DNA of 64,000 bases, taken from assembly GCA_964462785.1 (NCBI GenBank), contig CAYWZA010000002.1, forward strand, positions 1,061 to 65,060. The letters are read 5' to 3'. This document shows positions 1 through 10,488 of this stretch, piece after piece. The notes under the pieces are model-generated. The model had not been told where the DNA came from. It ran no database searches and worked only from the letters and a program-made list of their open reading frames with translations. Each line of letters opens with the position of its first letter. The stretch's first letter is position 1. The stretch comes from an uncultured Candidatus Saccharibacteria bacterium. Its GTDB lineage: Bacteria > Patescibacteriota > Minisyncoccia > Phycocordibacterales > UBA2100. The translations under genes and the position numbers were made by a program.

Positions 1-517
1 AACGACTTCGCAGCGGCGAAGAGAGGAGCGACGGGCGTGTGGTGGCGGCGACCAGCGTGAACGCGGGCAACTCCAGCTGCACTGAGCGCGCCGACGGTCC
101 TTTACCAATAATGATATCCAAAACTCCCGACTCCATGGCGGGGTAGAGCACCTCCTCTATGGTTTTATTGAGCCGGTGGATTTCGTCTATAAAGAACACG
201 TCTCCCGGGGAAAGGTTGGTGAGGATGGAAGCGAGGTCGCCGACACGCTCAATTGCCGGACCGGATGTAGATTTAAGCTGTGCACTAAGCTCCTTTGCCA
301 TCAGATGGGCGAGAGTAGTCTTTCCGAGCCCAGGCGGACCATACAAAAGCACATGCTCAGGCTGTTCTTTGCGTTCTTGTGCGGCGGTAAGCAGCACGCG
401 GAGGTTCTTTTTGATAGTTTCCTGTCCGACATATTCACTCCACACACTTGGTCGGAGTGCTTGATCGAGGGAAGCGAGTGTTTGCGACCCACCCGGCACA
501 TGTTTTTTCGATGACAT
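1..517 (-). CDS. ruvB: Holliday junction branch-migration helicase RuvB, partial (C-terminus runs off the window start)
   Basis: Reverse-strand translation from the ATG at 517 reads [10 protein letters not shown]...[21 protein letters not shown]...FFIDEIHRL. This gives Walker A and Walker B motifs with the typical RuvB N-terminus. It is absent from the ORF track because there is no stop codon inside the window. Confidence 0.85.
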   Translation of the reverse strand, partial: MSSKKHVPGGSQTLASLDQALRPSVWSEYVGQETIKKNLRVLLTAAQERKEQPEHVLLYGPPGLGKTTLAHLMAKELSAQLKSTSGPAIERVGDLASILTNLSPGDVFFIDEIHRLNKTIEEVLYPAMESGVLDIIIGKGPSARSVQLELPAFTLVAATTRPSLLSSPLRSR

Positions 518-852
518 AAGGGTATTGACAAAGGGAGTCATGAGTGATATACTCCCTATGGTTATTCTATCACAAACGAAGTTGGTTCAGAGTCAAAAAT
601 CTCTCAACGATCGAGAGTTTTCCCGAGGATGGTGGCGGTACTTCGCCACGGCGGAGCCTTGCGGCCCCTCTCCTTAGGTGTTAGCTCGTCTTTCGATACC
701 TCATTGAAAGCATCGTTGAGAGATTTTTGATCCCGAACATTCAGGCACCACTACATTGAACGGTAGCACCCCGTTTAGAAAAAGAAACTCTTGACTTTTG
801 ATGTGCAACAAAAAAGAACCCTCGCGCAAACGAGGGTTTTGTTGCACTGTAC

Positions 853-2571
853 CTATGACGAGTACATCTTTACGTCGGCGTCCAAGTTTACTGTGCGCTC
901 CACCTCATCAAAAGAAGTAATACCGCGCAACACTTTCACCATGCCGTCTTGTGACATACGGCGGATCTGTTGCCGTTCTGCAGAGCGCCATATCTCACGC
1001 TCGCTCGATGTGGAACGAACAACCTTTTCCAGCTCCTCATCCATAAATATCGCTTCAACAATACCGATGCGTTTCTTGTAACCCATATTTCCGCACTCAG
1101 GGCATCCTTTTGGAAGCCACATCGTCTCCCGATTCTCCGGCATGTCGTCCGGGTGCGGCACGTTTTTCAGTAATTTATCCATAATCTCCTTTGCGCGCCC
1201 TGTGATTGGCACCGCCTCTCTGCAGTGCTCGCACAAAATACGCACGAGACGCTGTGCCATCGCCACGTTTACCGATGAGCCGAGGATTTCCGGTTGAATA
1301 CCCATGTCGATCAAACGGGGGAATGTGCCCGCAGCGTTGTTGGTGTGGAGTGTGGTAAACACCAAGTGACCAGTGAGTGCGGCGTGCACGGCGGTCGATG
1401 CAACTTCAGCATCACGAATTTCGCCCACCATGATGATATCGGGATCTTGGCGCAACGTGCTGCGCAAACCCTGCGCGAACGAGTACGTTTTTGATACCTG
1501 TGTTTGCACAACACCGGGGAGATGATATTCAATCGGGTCTTCAATAGTAACAATCTTCACCCCCGGCTTGTGCACCGCCTTCAAAAACGCATACAGCGTG
1601 GTGGTTTTACCGGATCCAGTGGGACCGGTGTTGAGAATCATGCCATTAGGGCGCTCGATTTCCTTCAAGAAAATATCCATCAGATACTTATCAAAACCCA
1701 AATTATCGAGAGAAAGACCGATCGTCGATGGATCAAGAATACGCATCACGATCGTCTCGGCGTAGTTGCCGGGGAGCACTGACACGCGAATCTCAATTTC
1801 CTTTTGGTTCACCACAATACTAAAACGACCGTCCTGCGCTATGTTTTTGAGATTCAATTTAAGACCAGAAAGGAGTTTGATGCGCGACGACACCAACGCA
1901 TAGGTGGTGTGATCAAAGGTGAGGATCTCACTCAGCACGCCGTCGAGGCGGTAGCGCATACGCACCAACCCTTCTTCGGGCTCGAGGTGCACATCGGACG
2001 CGCGCAGCGAAAGAGCGCCCGCCATGATGATTTCAAGTACGCGCGAAATGCGGTGTGCATCTTTACTACCCACATTCTCTCCGATGTGGCTGCTCACATC
2101 CTGGGTTGTTTTAAGTTCGGAGAGCATTTTCTGAATTGCCTCGTTTGAGATAGTGAGCACACCAGCCTCTGTTTCCGTTGCGAGAGAAAGATCACCATAG
2201 CGATCCCAGGCGTGTTCGAGGGAGGCGCTCGATACCATAAAGCGGCGCACCTGATAGCCAAGGCGTTCAAGATTTTGGACGCTTTGCAGGGAATTAGCGC
2301 GTTCGGGGGCGCGCATAGCGACAAACAGGCGCTTGCCGATCTTGCGAAATGCTGCCACCTCCGCTTCGCGCGCGTCTTTTTCCGGCACCAACTGCAGTGC
2401 GTCGGTGTCTATGGATTTGCTGGTGAGATCGGTGTATTCGACGTTGTATTTTCCCGCGAGTGCCTTTGCGAGCTCCTCTTCCTCGCGTTTGCGGAGCTGC
2501 TCGACGCGCTCGGTACTTTTCTGGTCATGGAACTGCGTAGTCATTGCTGATATTTTAGCACGTGCTATCAC
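853..2571 (-). CDS. pilB: Type IV pilus assembly ATPase, PilB/GspE family
   Basis: The 572-aa ORF carries the Walker A motif GPTGSGKTTTL and the GspE-family motifs IIMVGEIRD and TGHLVFTTLHTN. The true start may be an internal Met (MTTQFHDQ). Confidence 0.85.
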   Translation of the reverse strand: MIARAKISAMTTQFHDQKSTERVEQLRKREEEELAKALAGKYNVEYTDLTSKSIDTDALQLVPEKDAREAEVAAFRKIGKRLFVAMRAPERANSLQSVQNLERLGYQVRRFMVSSASLEHAWDRYGDLSLATETEAGVLTISNEAIQKMLSELKTTQDVSSHIGENVGSKDAHRISRVLEIIMAGALSLRASDVHLEPEEGLVRMRYRLDGVLSEILTFDHTTYALVSSRIKLLSGLKLNLKNIAQDGRFSIVVNQKEIEIRVSVLPGNYAETIVMRILDPSTIGLSLDNLGFDKYLMDIFLKEIERPNGMILNTGPTGSGKTTTLYAFLKAVHKPGVKIVTIEDPIEYHLPGVVQTQVSKTYSFAQGLRSTLRQDPDIIMVGEIRDAEVASTAVHAALTGHLVFTTLHTNNAAGTFPRLIDMGIQPEILGSSVNVAMAQRLVRILCEHCREAVPITGRAKEIMDKLLKNVPHPDDMPENRETMWLPKGCPECGNMGYKKRIGIVEAIFMDEELEKVVRSTSSEREIWRSAERQQIRRMSQDGMVKVLRGITSFDEVERTVNLDADVKMYSS

Positions 2572-2577
2572 TTCTGT

Positions 2578-3009
2578 ATGGAAACCCTACACGGCGTTGA
2601 AGAAATGAACCAACAAGCGGAAAAACTCGTTGCCTCACTACACCCACAAACGCACGGGGCTACAGTGATTACTCTTTCGGGGGATTTGGGAGCGGGGAAA
2701 ACCACGTTTGTGCAAGGGATAGCTCGTGCGCTGGGAATACATGAACCAATCACCAGCCCGACATTTGTCATTATGAAAAAATATCCCATCGATGTACGCG
2801 GATATCACACCCTCGTACACATTGATGCCTACCGACTCAAAAGCGCAGCAGAGTTGACCGTGCTTGGCTGGGGTGATGTGTGTGCAGATGCTGGGTGTAT
2901 TATGTGCGTCGAATGGCCGGAACGGGTGAGGGAAGTACTGCCCGCCAACCACACACCCGTAGTGCTCACTTATATAGACGAACAAACACGCACGGTAGCG
3001 ATTTCTTAA
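2578..3009 (+). CDS. tsaE: tRNA threonylcarbamoyladenosine biosynthesis ATPase TsaE (YjeE)
   Basis: 143 aa with the P-loop LSGDLGAGKTTFVQG and the TsaE-like size and layout. It is divergent from pilB with only a 6-bp gap. Confidence 0.75.
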   Translation: METLHGVEEMNQQAEKLVASLHPQTHGATVITLSGDLGAGKTTFVQGIARALGIHEPITSPTFVIMKKYPIDVRGYHTLVHIDAYRLKSAAELTVLGWGDVCADAGCIMCVEWPERVREVLPANHTPVVLTYIDEQTRTVAIS

Positions 3010-3051
3010 CACACACCCCCAAGAGGGGGGGGAAACAAAACTCATGCAATA

Positions 3052-6000
3052 ATGAGTGCATTAGTATTTTTATATTTGGCACAACATATGTTTAAAAAGT
3101 GGGCGGTGATTGGTGTGGTGCTGGCGTTTCTGGTTCCGCTCGCCACCTCAGCAAGTGTATTGAGTGAAATGCGTGCTCGTTTAGAACAGCAAAGAGCAGC
3201 GCAAGCCGCACAAGCAGTAGGTGGGGTTGGTGGAAACACCAGCACATTCTCCAATTTTCAAAATCCGCAACCCGTTCCTGTCCCTCCTGTAAACCCCAGC
3301 AAACCAAACACCCCCAACACACTTCCTGATGACTACCCCACAGCAGGAGAGGAGAAACCAGCATGTCCAACACTGACCGTACTCCTGAAACGAGGATCAC
3401 GAGACGCAACAAGTAAAAACCAAGTCACCGAGCTCCAGCTGTTCCTCGCGGAGCACTTTGGGCTAAACGAAGAGGATGTGGTGACCGGCTATTTTGGAAA
3501 GACAACCGCAAGCTATGTGGTGAGGTTCCAACAAGAACAAGGCTTGCCCGCATTCGGCATCGCCGGATCGATGACCCGCGCCGCGATTGCGCGTGTGTGT
3601 GGTGGTCAGGCGACACCAACACCATCTGGTGGAGCACACATCACGCTCGTATCTCCTAATGGGGGAGAAACGTATAACATCGGAGACTCGCTCCAGCTTG
3701 TGTGGAGCGGAAAGAATTTTCCTGCGGGCTCGCAGGTGTGCGGTACGCTGACGACAGCCGCAGGCGGCAGCTTCGCATTTCCACCAACTGGCTCTTGCCG
3801 CGATGTGGGAGGTGGATCAGGAGGCAGTACGCACAAAGGCATTCTTGCAGGCACACTTATCCAAAACCCGGGATACAATCTTGCCACCGGAAGATACACA
3901 GCGAAAATCACACTACTCGGACCATCCACCAACCCAGAAAGAGATCGTCCGACACTCGCGGTTGATACCAGCGACACGCCGATTGTTATTGGCGGCGGAC
4001 AAACAACCCCGTCCCCAAACAACACGATCTTCATACCATCCACAACCCTCGGGGTAGCGCCGCTACAAGTAAAATTCCACATACCGAGCTCTGAAGGTAG
4101 TTTTGTCGACTTTGGCGACGGCACGGACAATGTTATCTGCACCGACAAAGCAGGCGAGTCATGTTCGGTCTCTGGAATAACTCACACATACAACAACCCC
4201 GGAGTGTACACAGCGAAGTTGTATCAATCTGTATATCGATGCACGACTGGCGGCGTGGGGAAAGATGGTTTGCCCGACTCAGGCTGTGGCTACCAAAAAA
4301 CAAGTGTCATTCTGTCCACAGCACAGATCACCGTGACATCATCCACCCAAGGGCCCGGCTTGACCGTAAAAGCCACACTTGAAGATCCTACTGGTAATGG
4401 TAAGGAAGCCTTTGCGTTTGGTGATCAGCTGGTAATAAAATGGTCAGTCGATCCGATATCCGACCTCGAATTAGTTGGTTGGAATGGGTATGCTCCGGAT
4501 ACTGGTATTGAATTGCGACCCTACAACAACCCAACAGCTGCAGGGATCCGAATCGCGCGCGTTAAAGAGAGTGGTGTTTTTCCACACACATTTACATGGA
4601 ATGTGGCGAAAGAAGGGCTCTATGGGGATGTAGTTACATCTGGTAAATATTATGTGTATGTAACTGTTGCATCAAAACAACAAGGAGGGTATCGGGTTGG
4701 TGTCGCGGGGGCAGTGTGGCTTGGGGTAATCCCACCCACGCCACCGAGCACCGGCATCACCGTCACGGCACCAAATGGCGGGGAGCGGTGGGAGCAGGGG
4801 GTGATGAATACAGTTACATGGGCTCCATATAGCTACACACCCACAGTGCAAAACCCATCAAGCGATGTGACGGCGTACCTCGAGCGATGGTCGCTTCTGA
4901 GGGGCTATACCACCGTAGGAAAAGTTGAGGCAAGCGGCAAGGCATCGATTCATTGGATAACCGGAGAGCTTGATTCAGCAACTATGGGCGGCAACTTCGT
5001 GCCACCCGGCGAGTACTACATTCGTGTAGTGAACAATGTGACTGGTGCGACAGATCGTAGCGACAAATCTTTCACCATTGCTCCAAAACCAATCGACTTA
5101 AAAATAAACGGATCTGACGGACCGGTGGTCATCAATAGCGCCACTGATCCGGTCACTGTGTCATGGTCGTCCCCGAGCACGAGCGGTGTGCACACCTGCC
5201 AACTCACCAGTGTTGATCAGCTTCCTTGGTCAAATGTAGTTGCAAGTAGTGGATCAATCAGCAGCCGCCTCAGCTTTGGCACAAACACCAGCACAACAGT
5301 ATATATCCAGTGCATCGTCACCAACACATCAGGTATGGGTGCGCAAGTAACTGATTATGTACAAGTGACCGCAGGCACACCGCAAGCCCCCGTACTCCAA
5401 GTAATAAGCCCCAACGGGGGAGAGCAGCTCGTGGTGGACAAACCATTCACACTTAAATTTAAAACTGCAGGTATTAGCCAGATGTCGATTGCGCTCTACA
5501 AAAATGAGCAGTGGATAAAGTGGATTGGAGAAGCGGCTGGCTTTAACGGAACCGAAGGGGAGGTAAATGGGTATCGCCAGTGGGAATTTAATCCGTCCGT
5601 CACGCTCGGTCCCGCCGAAGCTAGCTCGCTGCCCAGTGCTGGAAATGTCTACAAAATATATGTCACCGGTCAAAAGGCAGATGGCACTGGCTACATTGAT
5701 GACAAAAGTGATGCGCCATTTTCGTTTGTTTCCGGAACGCAAAGTTCATGCACACTCGACGGGGTGACTCTTTCGAATGGAGAACAGGCGATGTTTTACT
5801 CACAAAAAACAGTCGCTGTAGGCAAGATGTGCGGTGACTTTGGGCAGGTGCGCACATGCAACAACGGAGTGTTGTCAGGATCGGCAACGTACCAATACGC
5901 AACCTGTACTGAGCAGACAGTGACTGCACGATCACCGTGGGGCAAGAAGCTTGCTGTCGCTGCCGCCGATATCCCCGATGGTCGCTTCCGCCTGCACGTC

Positions 6001-7221
6001 TTCAAGCGCGACACTACGGGCGCACCATCCACCGCACTTCGTTCCCCGATCGTGCTCGATCAGCCGTACTTGACCTACATAAATTTTGAGGGAGGGTATC
6101 AACAGCCGCTCAGCAAACAAATCGGAGGATATTTTGTCGGAAGATTTGCGTACCCAGCAAACCAATCAATTCCTGTTACATTTGATTTCTCGAATCCGCA
6201 ATGGGATATAGCCCGCCTCTATATAGACGGAGTGCTGGCACACACGTATGGCAACAACACCGGATCACCTACATTCACCAAGACATTTACCGGTGGTACA
6301 CACATTATTGAAATCGAATACGATAGCAGGTGGCACGCGGGGACATTCGCGCTTCGCATGGGGCTATTAATCAATCCGGGATACACAACAAGCGCGAATG
6401 TCACTACGGCGCTTAAGGCACTCAAAACGCAATATCCGGATCTAAAAGTTCTCGCCGCTGCGGCATATATCTCTAACGATCAGGTAAACGGAGATATTAC
6501 CGTCAATCTCCCCACGATAAATTCTCCCGCGGTGTTGGTGCTATCTTCATACGATCCGGTGCGCTGGCGATGGGTGCACAATCAGGCGGCGGTTAATCAA
6601 ATAAAAGCGATAGTGGTGCATTCACTTGCAGGAGCGGCTGTACCCGATTTTGTCGGATCAATTCCCACGTACCTAGTACGCGAATACATTTCGCGCGATG
6701 CGGGCAATCAGGGTATTACTGCAAAAATCGGTCTCCCTATTGATTCGTATTCAAGTGAATATTCGGGGTCAACAATTACTCTCCCTGCAATTTTGCCACC
6801 ACCAACGGCGTTACCTGAGATTGTCACATTCACCACTTCGTCAAACTCTATTCCGCTTGGAGGCAGTGTGACGGTAAGTTGGCAAAGTAAAAATGCCGTA
6901 CGATGCGTTTTCTACAGCCCGGCTTCAGTAGAAAGAAACGTTCCAGACGATGTCCCTCTATCAGGATCGAAGACACTTGTTTTCGGACAAACAACATCGG
7001 ATTTTAATCAGGGCAAAGTAGCCTCACTGAATCTTACATGCCTTGGTTCAACATTAAACAGCGCGGGGAATACAGTATCTGCTTCGAAAGATTTAACCAT
7101 CACACTTACAGCACCCACTGCTACAACCACAGCATCCAATACATCACCAAGCTCTCAGTTTGCAAACGTTCTGACACCGTTCTTTTCGGCGATACAGGCG
7201 ATTTTTGGATTCAACCGATAG
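3052..7221 (+). CDS. Large secreted surface protein with a PG_binding_1-like domain, a PKD domain and Ig-like repeats (1389 aa)
   Basis: There is an N-terminal signal/TM segment. The PG-binding-like segment reads TELQLFLAEHFGL...TGYFGKTTASYVVRFQQEQGLPAFGIAG. A PKD-like segment reads FVDFGDGTDNVICTD...THTYNNPGVYTAKL. The rest is long and Thr/Ser/Gly-rich and beta-rich. Confidence 0.7.
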   Translation: MSALVFLYLAQHMFKKWAVIGVVLAFLVPLATSASVLSEMRARLEQQRAAQAAQAVGGVGGNTSTFSNFQNPQPVPVPPVNPSKPNTPNTLPDDYPTAGEEKPACPTLTVLLKRGSRDATSKNQVTELQLFLAEHFGLNEEDVVTGYFGKTTASYVVRFQQEQGLPAFGIAGSMTRAAIARVCGGQATPTPSGGAHITLVSPNGGETYNIGDSLQLVWSGKNFPAGSQVCGTLTTAAGGSFAFPPTGSCRDVGGGSGGSTHKGILAGTLIQNPGYNLATGRYTAKITLLGPSTNPERDRPTLAVDTSDTPIVIGGGQTTPSPNNTIFIPSTTLGVAPLQVKFHIPSSEGSFVDFGDGTDNVICTDKAGESCSVSGITHTYNNPGVYTAKLYQSVYRCTTGGVGKDGLPDSGCGYQKTSVILSTAQITVTSSTQGPGLTVKATLEDPTGNGKEAFAFGDQLVIKWSVDPISDLELVGWNGYAPDTGIELRPYNNPTAAGIRIARVKESGVFPHTFTWNVAKEGLYGDVVTSGKYYVYVTVASKQQGGYRVGVAGAVWLGVIPPTPPSTGITVTAPNGGERWEQGVMNTVTWAPYSYTPTVQNPSSDVTAYLERWSLLRGYTTVGKVEASGKASIHWITGELDSATMGGNFVPPGEYYIRVVNNVTGATDRSDKSFTIAPKPIDLKINGSDGPVVINSATDPVTVSWSSPSTSGVHTCQLTSVDQLPWSNVVASSGSISSRLSFGTNTSTTVYIQCIVTNTSGMGAQVTDYVQVTAGTPQAPVLQVISPNGGEQLVVDKPFTLKFKTAGISQMSIALYKNEQWIKWIGEAAGFNGTEGEVNGYRQWEFNPSVTLGPAEASSLPSAGNVYKIYVTGQKADGTGYIDDKSDAPFSFVSGTQSSCTLDGVTLSNGEQAMFYSQKTVAVGKMCGDFGQVRTCNNGVLSGSATYQYATCTEQTVTARSPWGKKLAVAAADIPDGRFRLHVFKRDTTGAPSTALRSPIVLDQPYLTYINFEGGYQQPLSKQIGGYFVGRFAYPANQSIPVTFDFSNPQWDIARLYIDGVLAHTYGNNTGSPTFTKTFTGGTHIIEIEYDSRWHAGTFALRMGLLINPGYTTSANVTTALKALKTQYPDLKVLAAAAYISNDQVNGDITVNLPTINSPAVLVLSSYDPVRWRWVHNQAAVNQIKAIVVHSLAGAAVPDFVGSIPTYLVREYISRDAGNQGITAKIGLPIDSYSSEYSGSTITLPAILPPPTALPEIVTFTTSSNSIPLGGSVTVSWQSKNAVRCVFYSPASVERNVPDDVPLSGSKTLVFGQTTSDFNQGKVASLNLTCLGSTLNSAGNTVSASKDLTITLTAPTATTTASNTSPSSQFANVLTPFFSAIQAIFGFNR

Positions 7222-7245
7222 GCTTCGCTGTGATACATTAGTGGG

Positions 7246-9639
7246 GTGTCAACAGCAGTAAAAAAGAACAACAGAAAGCGCCTAGTCCTGCTTGATTCGC
7301 ACGCTATCATTCATCGCGCATACCACGCGCTGCCGGATTTCACCTCAAGCAAGGGCGAGCCTACCGGTGGGCTCTATGGGCTCTCCAGTATGCTCCTGAA
7401 GCTCATCGATGAGCTTAAACCAGATTACATCGCGGCATGTTTCGATCTTGCGGGTCCCACACACCGACACGAAGTGTTTGACGGATACAAAGCGGGGCGG
7501 GTGAAGACGGAAGATGCTCTCGTGATGCAAATTGATCGCGCGCGAGATGTGCTCAAAGCGTTTGGTATTCCGCTCTACGAAGCGCAGGGTTTCGAGGCGG
7601 ATGATTGCCTCGGCACTATCGTGGAGCAACTCAAGGATCGTGATGATGTTGAAATTATTATCGCTTCCGGCGATATGGATACACTCCAGCTCGTCGACAA
7701 CGATCGGGTGAAAGTGTTTACGCTGCGCAAAGGGCTTTCCGATACGGTGACGTATGACGAAGATGCAGTGCGTACGCGATTTGGTTTCGGTCCCGAGCTC
7801 ATTCCCGATTACAAAGGGCTGCGTGGTGATCCTTCAGACAACATTCCGGGGATTAAAGGCATCGGAGAGAAAGCGGCAACCGACCTCATCCTCGCGTTTG
7901 GTGGCATGCCCGATATATACGAAACACTCAAAAAGCATCCAGAACAATTTGAAAAGAAAGGCATCAAAGCGCGCGTGATGAAGCTGGTGCAAGAAGGGGA
8001 GGATGACGCGGCGTTTTCCATGATGCTCGCGACCATTCGGCGCGACGCCCCTATTACCTTCACCCTTCCAAAAGAACCGTGGGAAGCGCCGGTAGATGAC
8101 ATGCTCACACTCTTTGATGAGCTTGAGTTTCGCTCGCTTGGCGCGCGGGCACGCGCACTTTTCGGTGGCGAGCAGCCCGCCGAAACGCCGGAGGAAAAAG
8201 AAGATGAGACGCCAATAGACCCCAACACCGCGCGCGAAGCGGCAGTCGCGCTTTGGCTGCTTTCATCAGATATGACCAACCCAACAGTCGAAGACGTATT
8301 GCGTTATACAAAAGAAAGTAGTGTCGAGCGCGCACACGCAGCACTCATGCAGAAACTGAAAGACACCGGTCGCCTGTGGGACGTGTTTGAAAAAATTGAG
8401 CGACCACTCATTTCCATCGTCGAGCGTATGCATACAGATGGCATCGCGCTCGACACCGCGTATCTTAAAAAATTATCGCGCGAGTATCACACTGAATTAA
8501 GTGCACTTGAAAAACGCATCTTTCAACACGCGGGGAAGGAATTCAATATCAACTCTCCCGCACAGCTTTCCGTGGTGTTGTTTACCGACCTCAAACTCAG
8601 TATTCCGCGGCACAAAAAAACAGGCACCGGCAAGCCATCGACGCGCGAATCGGAAATTGAAAAGTTGCGCGACGCACACCCGATCATCAATGACATTCTT
8701 GCGTATCGCGAGCTGCAAAAACTGCTCTCCACCTATATCGACAACATGCCGGAGATGGTGGGGGAGGATGGGCGGCTGCACCCCACCTTTCTCCAAGCCG
8801 GTGCGGCGACGGGGCGCATGGCATCGCAAAACCCCGGGGTGCAAAATATTCCTATTAAAACTGAATATGGCAGGCGGATGCGCAATGCATTTGTTGCAGC
8901 GCGAGGGTATCAACTGATCGCGCTCGACTACTCACAGATCGAGCTTAGGATTGCTGCGGGTCTTTCGGGGGATAAAAAACTTATCGAGGTATTCAAAAAA
9001 GGAGGAGATATTCACACCGCGGTTGCCTCTGAAGTATTTAAAGTACCTGCTGCACAGGTGGATGCGGAGATGCGCCGTCGCGCGAAGGTCATCAATTTCG
9101 GCATCATTTATGGCATGGGGGTGAACGCGTTGCGCGCGAATCTGGGCGATCATGTGTTGCGTGATGAAGCGGCACGATTTTTGCAGGAATATTTCAACAA
9201 TTTCTCCGGTCTCGCGGCATTTCTCGAGAAAACAAAGCGCGATGCCGCGCGCAACGGCTATACGGAGACGCTCTTCGGTCGTCGCCGGTTCTTCTCAGGC
9301 TTCAAATCACCGTTACCACATATCCAAGCGCAGGCGGAGCGCATGGCGGTCAATGCCCCTATACAGGGTACGCAGGCGGATATCACTAAACTCGCCATGA
9401 TTGCCGCCGACGCTTGGATTGAGAAAGAAAAAATGCGCGATTCGGTGCGCCTGCTGCTCCAAATCCACGATGAATTGGTATTTGAAGTGAAAAAAAGTGA
9501 GATAGAACGCGTCGCACGCGAAATGGCACGCATTATGGAGACGGTCGTTGAACCAAAAGAGCTCGGAGGTGTTCCTATTGCAGTGACCGCCTCGGTCGGA
9601 GAAAACTGGGGTGAAATGGAAAAGATCAAAAAAGAATAG
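7246..9639 (+). CDS. polA: DNA polymerase I, short form (5'-3' exonuclease plus polymerase domains; the 3'-5' exonuclease region is reduced)
   Basis: Start codon is GTG. The N-terminus (LVLLDSHAIIHRAYHAL) is a 5'-nuclease domain. The C-terminus carries family A polymerase motifs (RRRAKVINFGIIYGMG and QIHDELVFEV). At 797 aa it is much shorter than the 928-aa E. coli enzyme. Confidence 0.85.
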   Translation: MSTAVKKNNRKRLVLLDSHAIIHRAYHALPDFTSSKGEPTGGLYGLSSMLLKLIDELKPDYIAACFDLAGPTHRHEVFDGYKAGRVKTEDALVMQIDRARDVLKAFGIPLYEAQGFEADDCLGTIVEQLKDRDDVEIIIASGDMDTLQLVDNDRVKVFTLRKGLSDTVTYDEDAVRTRFGFGPELIPDYKGLRGDPSDNIPGIKGIGEKAATDLILAFGGMPDIYETLKKHPEQFEKKGIKARVMKLVQEGEDDAAFSMMLATIRRDAPITFTLPKEPWEAPVDDMLTLFDELEFRSLGARARALFGGEQPAETPEEKEDETPIDPNTAREAAVALWLLSSDMTNPTVEDVLRYTKESSVERAHAALMQKLKDTGRLWDVFEKIERPLISIVERMHTDGIALDTAYLKKLSREYHTELSALEKRIFQHAGKEFNINSPAQLSVVLFTDLKLSIPRHKKTGTGKPSTRESEIEKLRDAHPIINDILAYRELQKLLSTYIDNMPEMVGEDGRLHPTFLQAGAATGRMASQNPGVQNIPIKTEYGRRMRNAFVAARGYQLIALDYSQIELRIAAGLSGDKKLIEVFKKGGDIHTAVASEVFKVPAAQVDAEMRRRAKVINFGIIYGMGVNALRANLGDHVLRDEAARFLQEYFNNFSGLAAFLEKTKRDAARNGYTETLFGRRRFFSGFKSPLPHIQAQAERMAVNAPIQGTQADITKLAMIAADAWIEKEKMRDSVRLLLQIHDELVFEVKKSEIERVAREMARIMETVVEPKELGGVPIAVTASVGENWGEMEKIKKE

Positions 9640-9644
9640 CGAAT

Positions 9645-10295
9645 ATGCTCTATGTATACGGAGGGGATTCGGTGAAATCACGCATCAAAATGCGGTCGAC
9701 GCTCGCCGCGCTCGAGAAGCGCGCGCCGCTCGCGCATCTGCTGCGGATTACTGACGAGGACGTTGCGGCGGTTTCCTATCCCGATTTACTCGCGGCGCAA
9801 GGGCTTTTTTATACGAAGCGCATTGTAGTGTTCGACAACGCGTTCAAAGAAAAAACAGCACAGGAAGTAGCAGTGGATCATCTCAAAGAGATGGCGCAAT
9901 CGGAGCACGTGTTTCTCATTCTTGAAGAAAATCCAAGCGCCACATTCAAAACCCAGCTGCTAAAACACGCGACAAAAGCTTTGATGGGGGAGAGTGATGC
10001 AAAACAAAAAGAGCAGGTGGACTGGAGCGCAACAAACGCGCTTGAGTCGCGGGATAGTGAGCGGCTCTGGAAATCGGTGTGCACGTCGCTGTTAAAAGGT
10101 GCTCCGGCTGAACAGGTGCACGGGCAGCTTTTTTGGAAAGCCAAGCAGCTGCTGCTTGAAAAACGGTTTCGCAATTGGCAGGAGCAGGAGCTTCGCGCAC
10201 TCGTGAGCACGCTCGCCGAGCTTCCCCAGCGCGCACGGCGCAAAAACATGGATATGGAATATGCGCTCGAGCTGTTTGCGTTGGGGGTGATGTAG
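9645..10295 (+). CDS. DNA polymerase III delta subunit-like protein (short HolA-like)
   Basis: The N-terminus LYVYGGDS resembles the HolA start, and the gene sits directly after polA. At 216 aa it is shorter than canonical HolA. The assignment is tentative. Confidence 0.4.
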   Translation: MLYVYGGDSVKSRIKMRSTLAALEKRAPLAHLLRITDEDVAAVSYPDLLAAQGLFYTKRIVVFDNAFKEKTAQEVAVDHLKEMAQSEHVFLILEENPSATFKTQLLKHATKALMGESDAKQKEQVDWSATNALESRDSERLWKSVCTSLLKGAPAEQVHGQLFWKAKQLLLEKRFRNWQEQELRALVSTLAELPQRARRKNMDMEYALELFALGVM

Positions 10296-10298
10296 TCC

Positions 10299-10431
10299 GC
10301 TAGCTCCCTAGCGCAGGTTTTCGCGAGCACGATAGCAGTGGTTGTTTGTATGAACATCACCACTGCGACATTGTTACACGCACGTGTACGCGCTGCGCGA
10401 TGCTCGCTTAAATCTGCGCTAGGGAGCTAGC
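10299..10431. repeat. Hairpin-enclosed intergenic element, copy A: a perfect 18-bp inverted repeat flanking a 97-nt interior with a conserved core
   Basis: The left arm gctagctccctagcgcag (10299-10316) is the exact reverse complement of the right arm 10414-10431. The interior contains atcaccactgcg, then 22 nt, then gcgctgcgcgatgctc. The same spacing is seen at 53049-53175. Confidence 0.7.
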
Positions 10432-10488
10432 CCACGACTATGCACACTATCTGTTTGCGCGGCAACATAAACCACGTAGCATGATGGT

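Noticed and set aside
2638-3045. 135-aa minus-strand ORF
   Set aside because: It is antisense to tsaE and has no supporting features.
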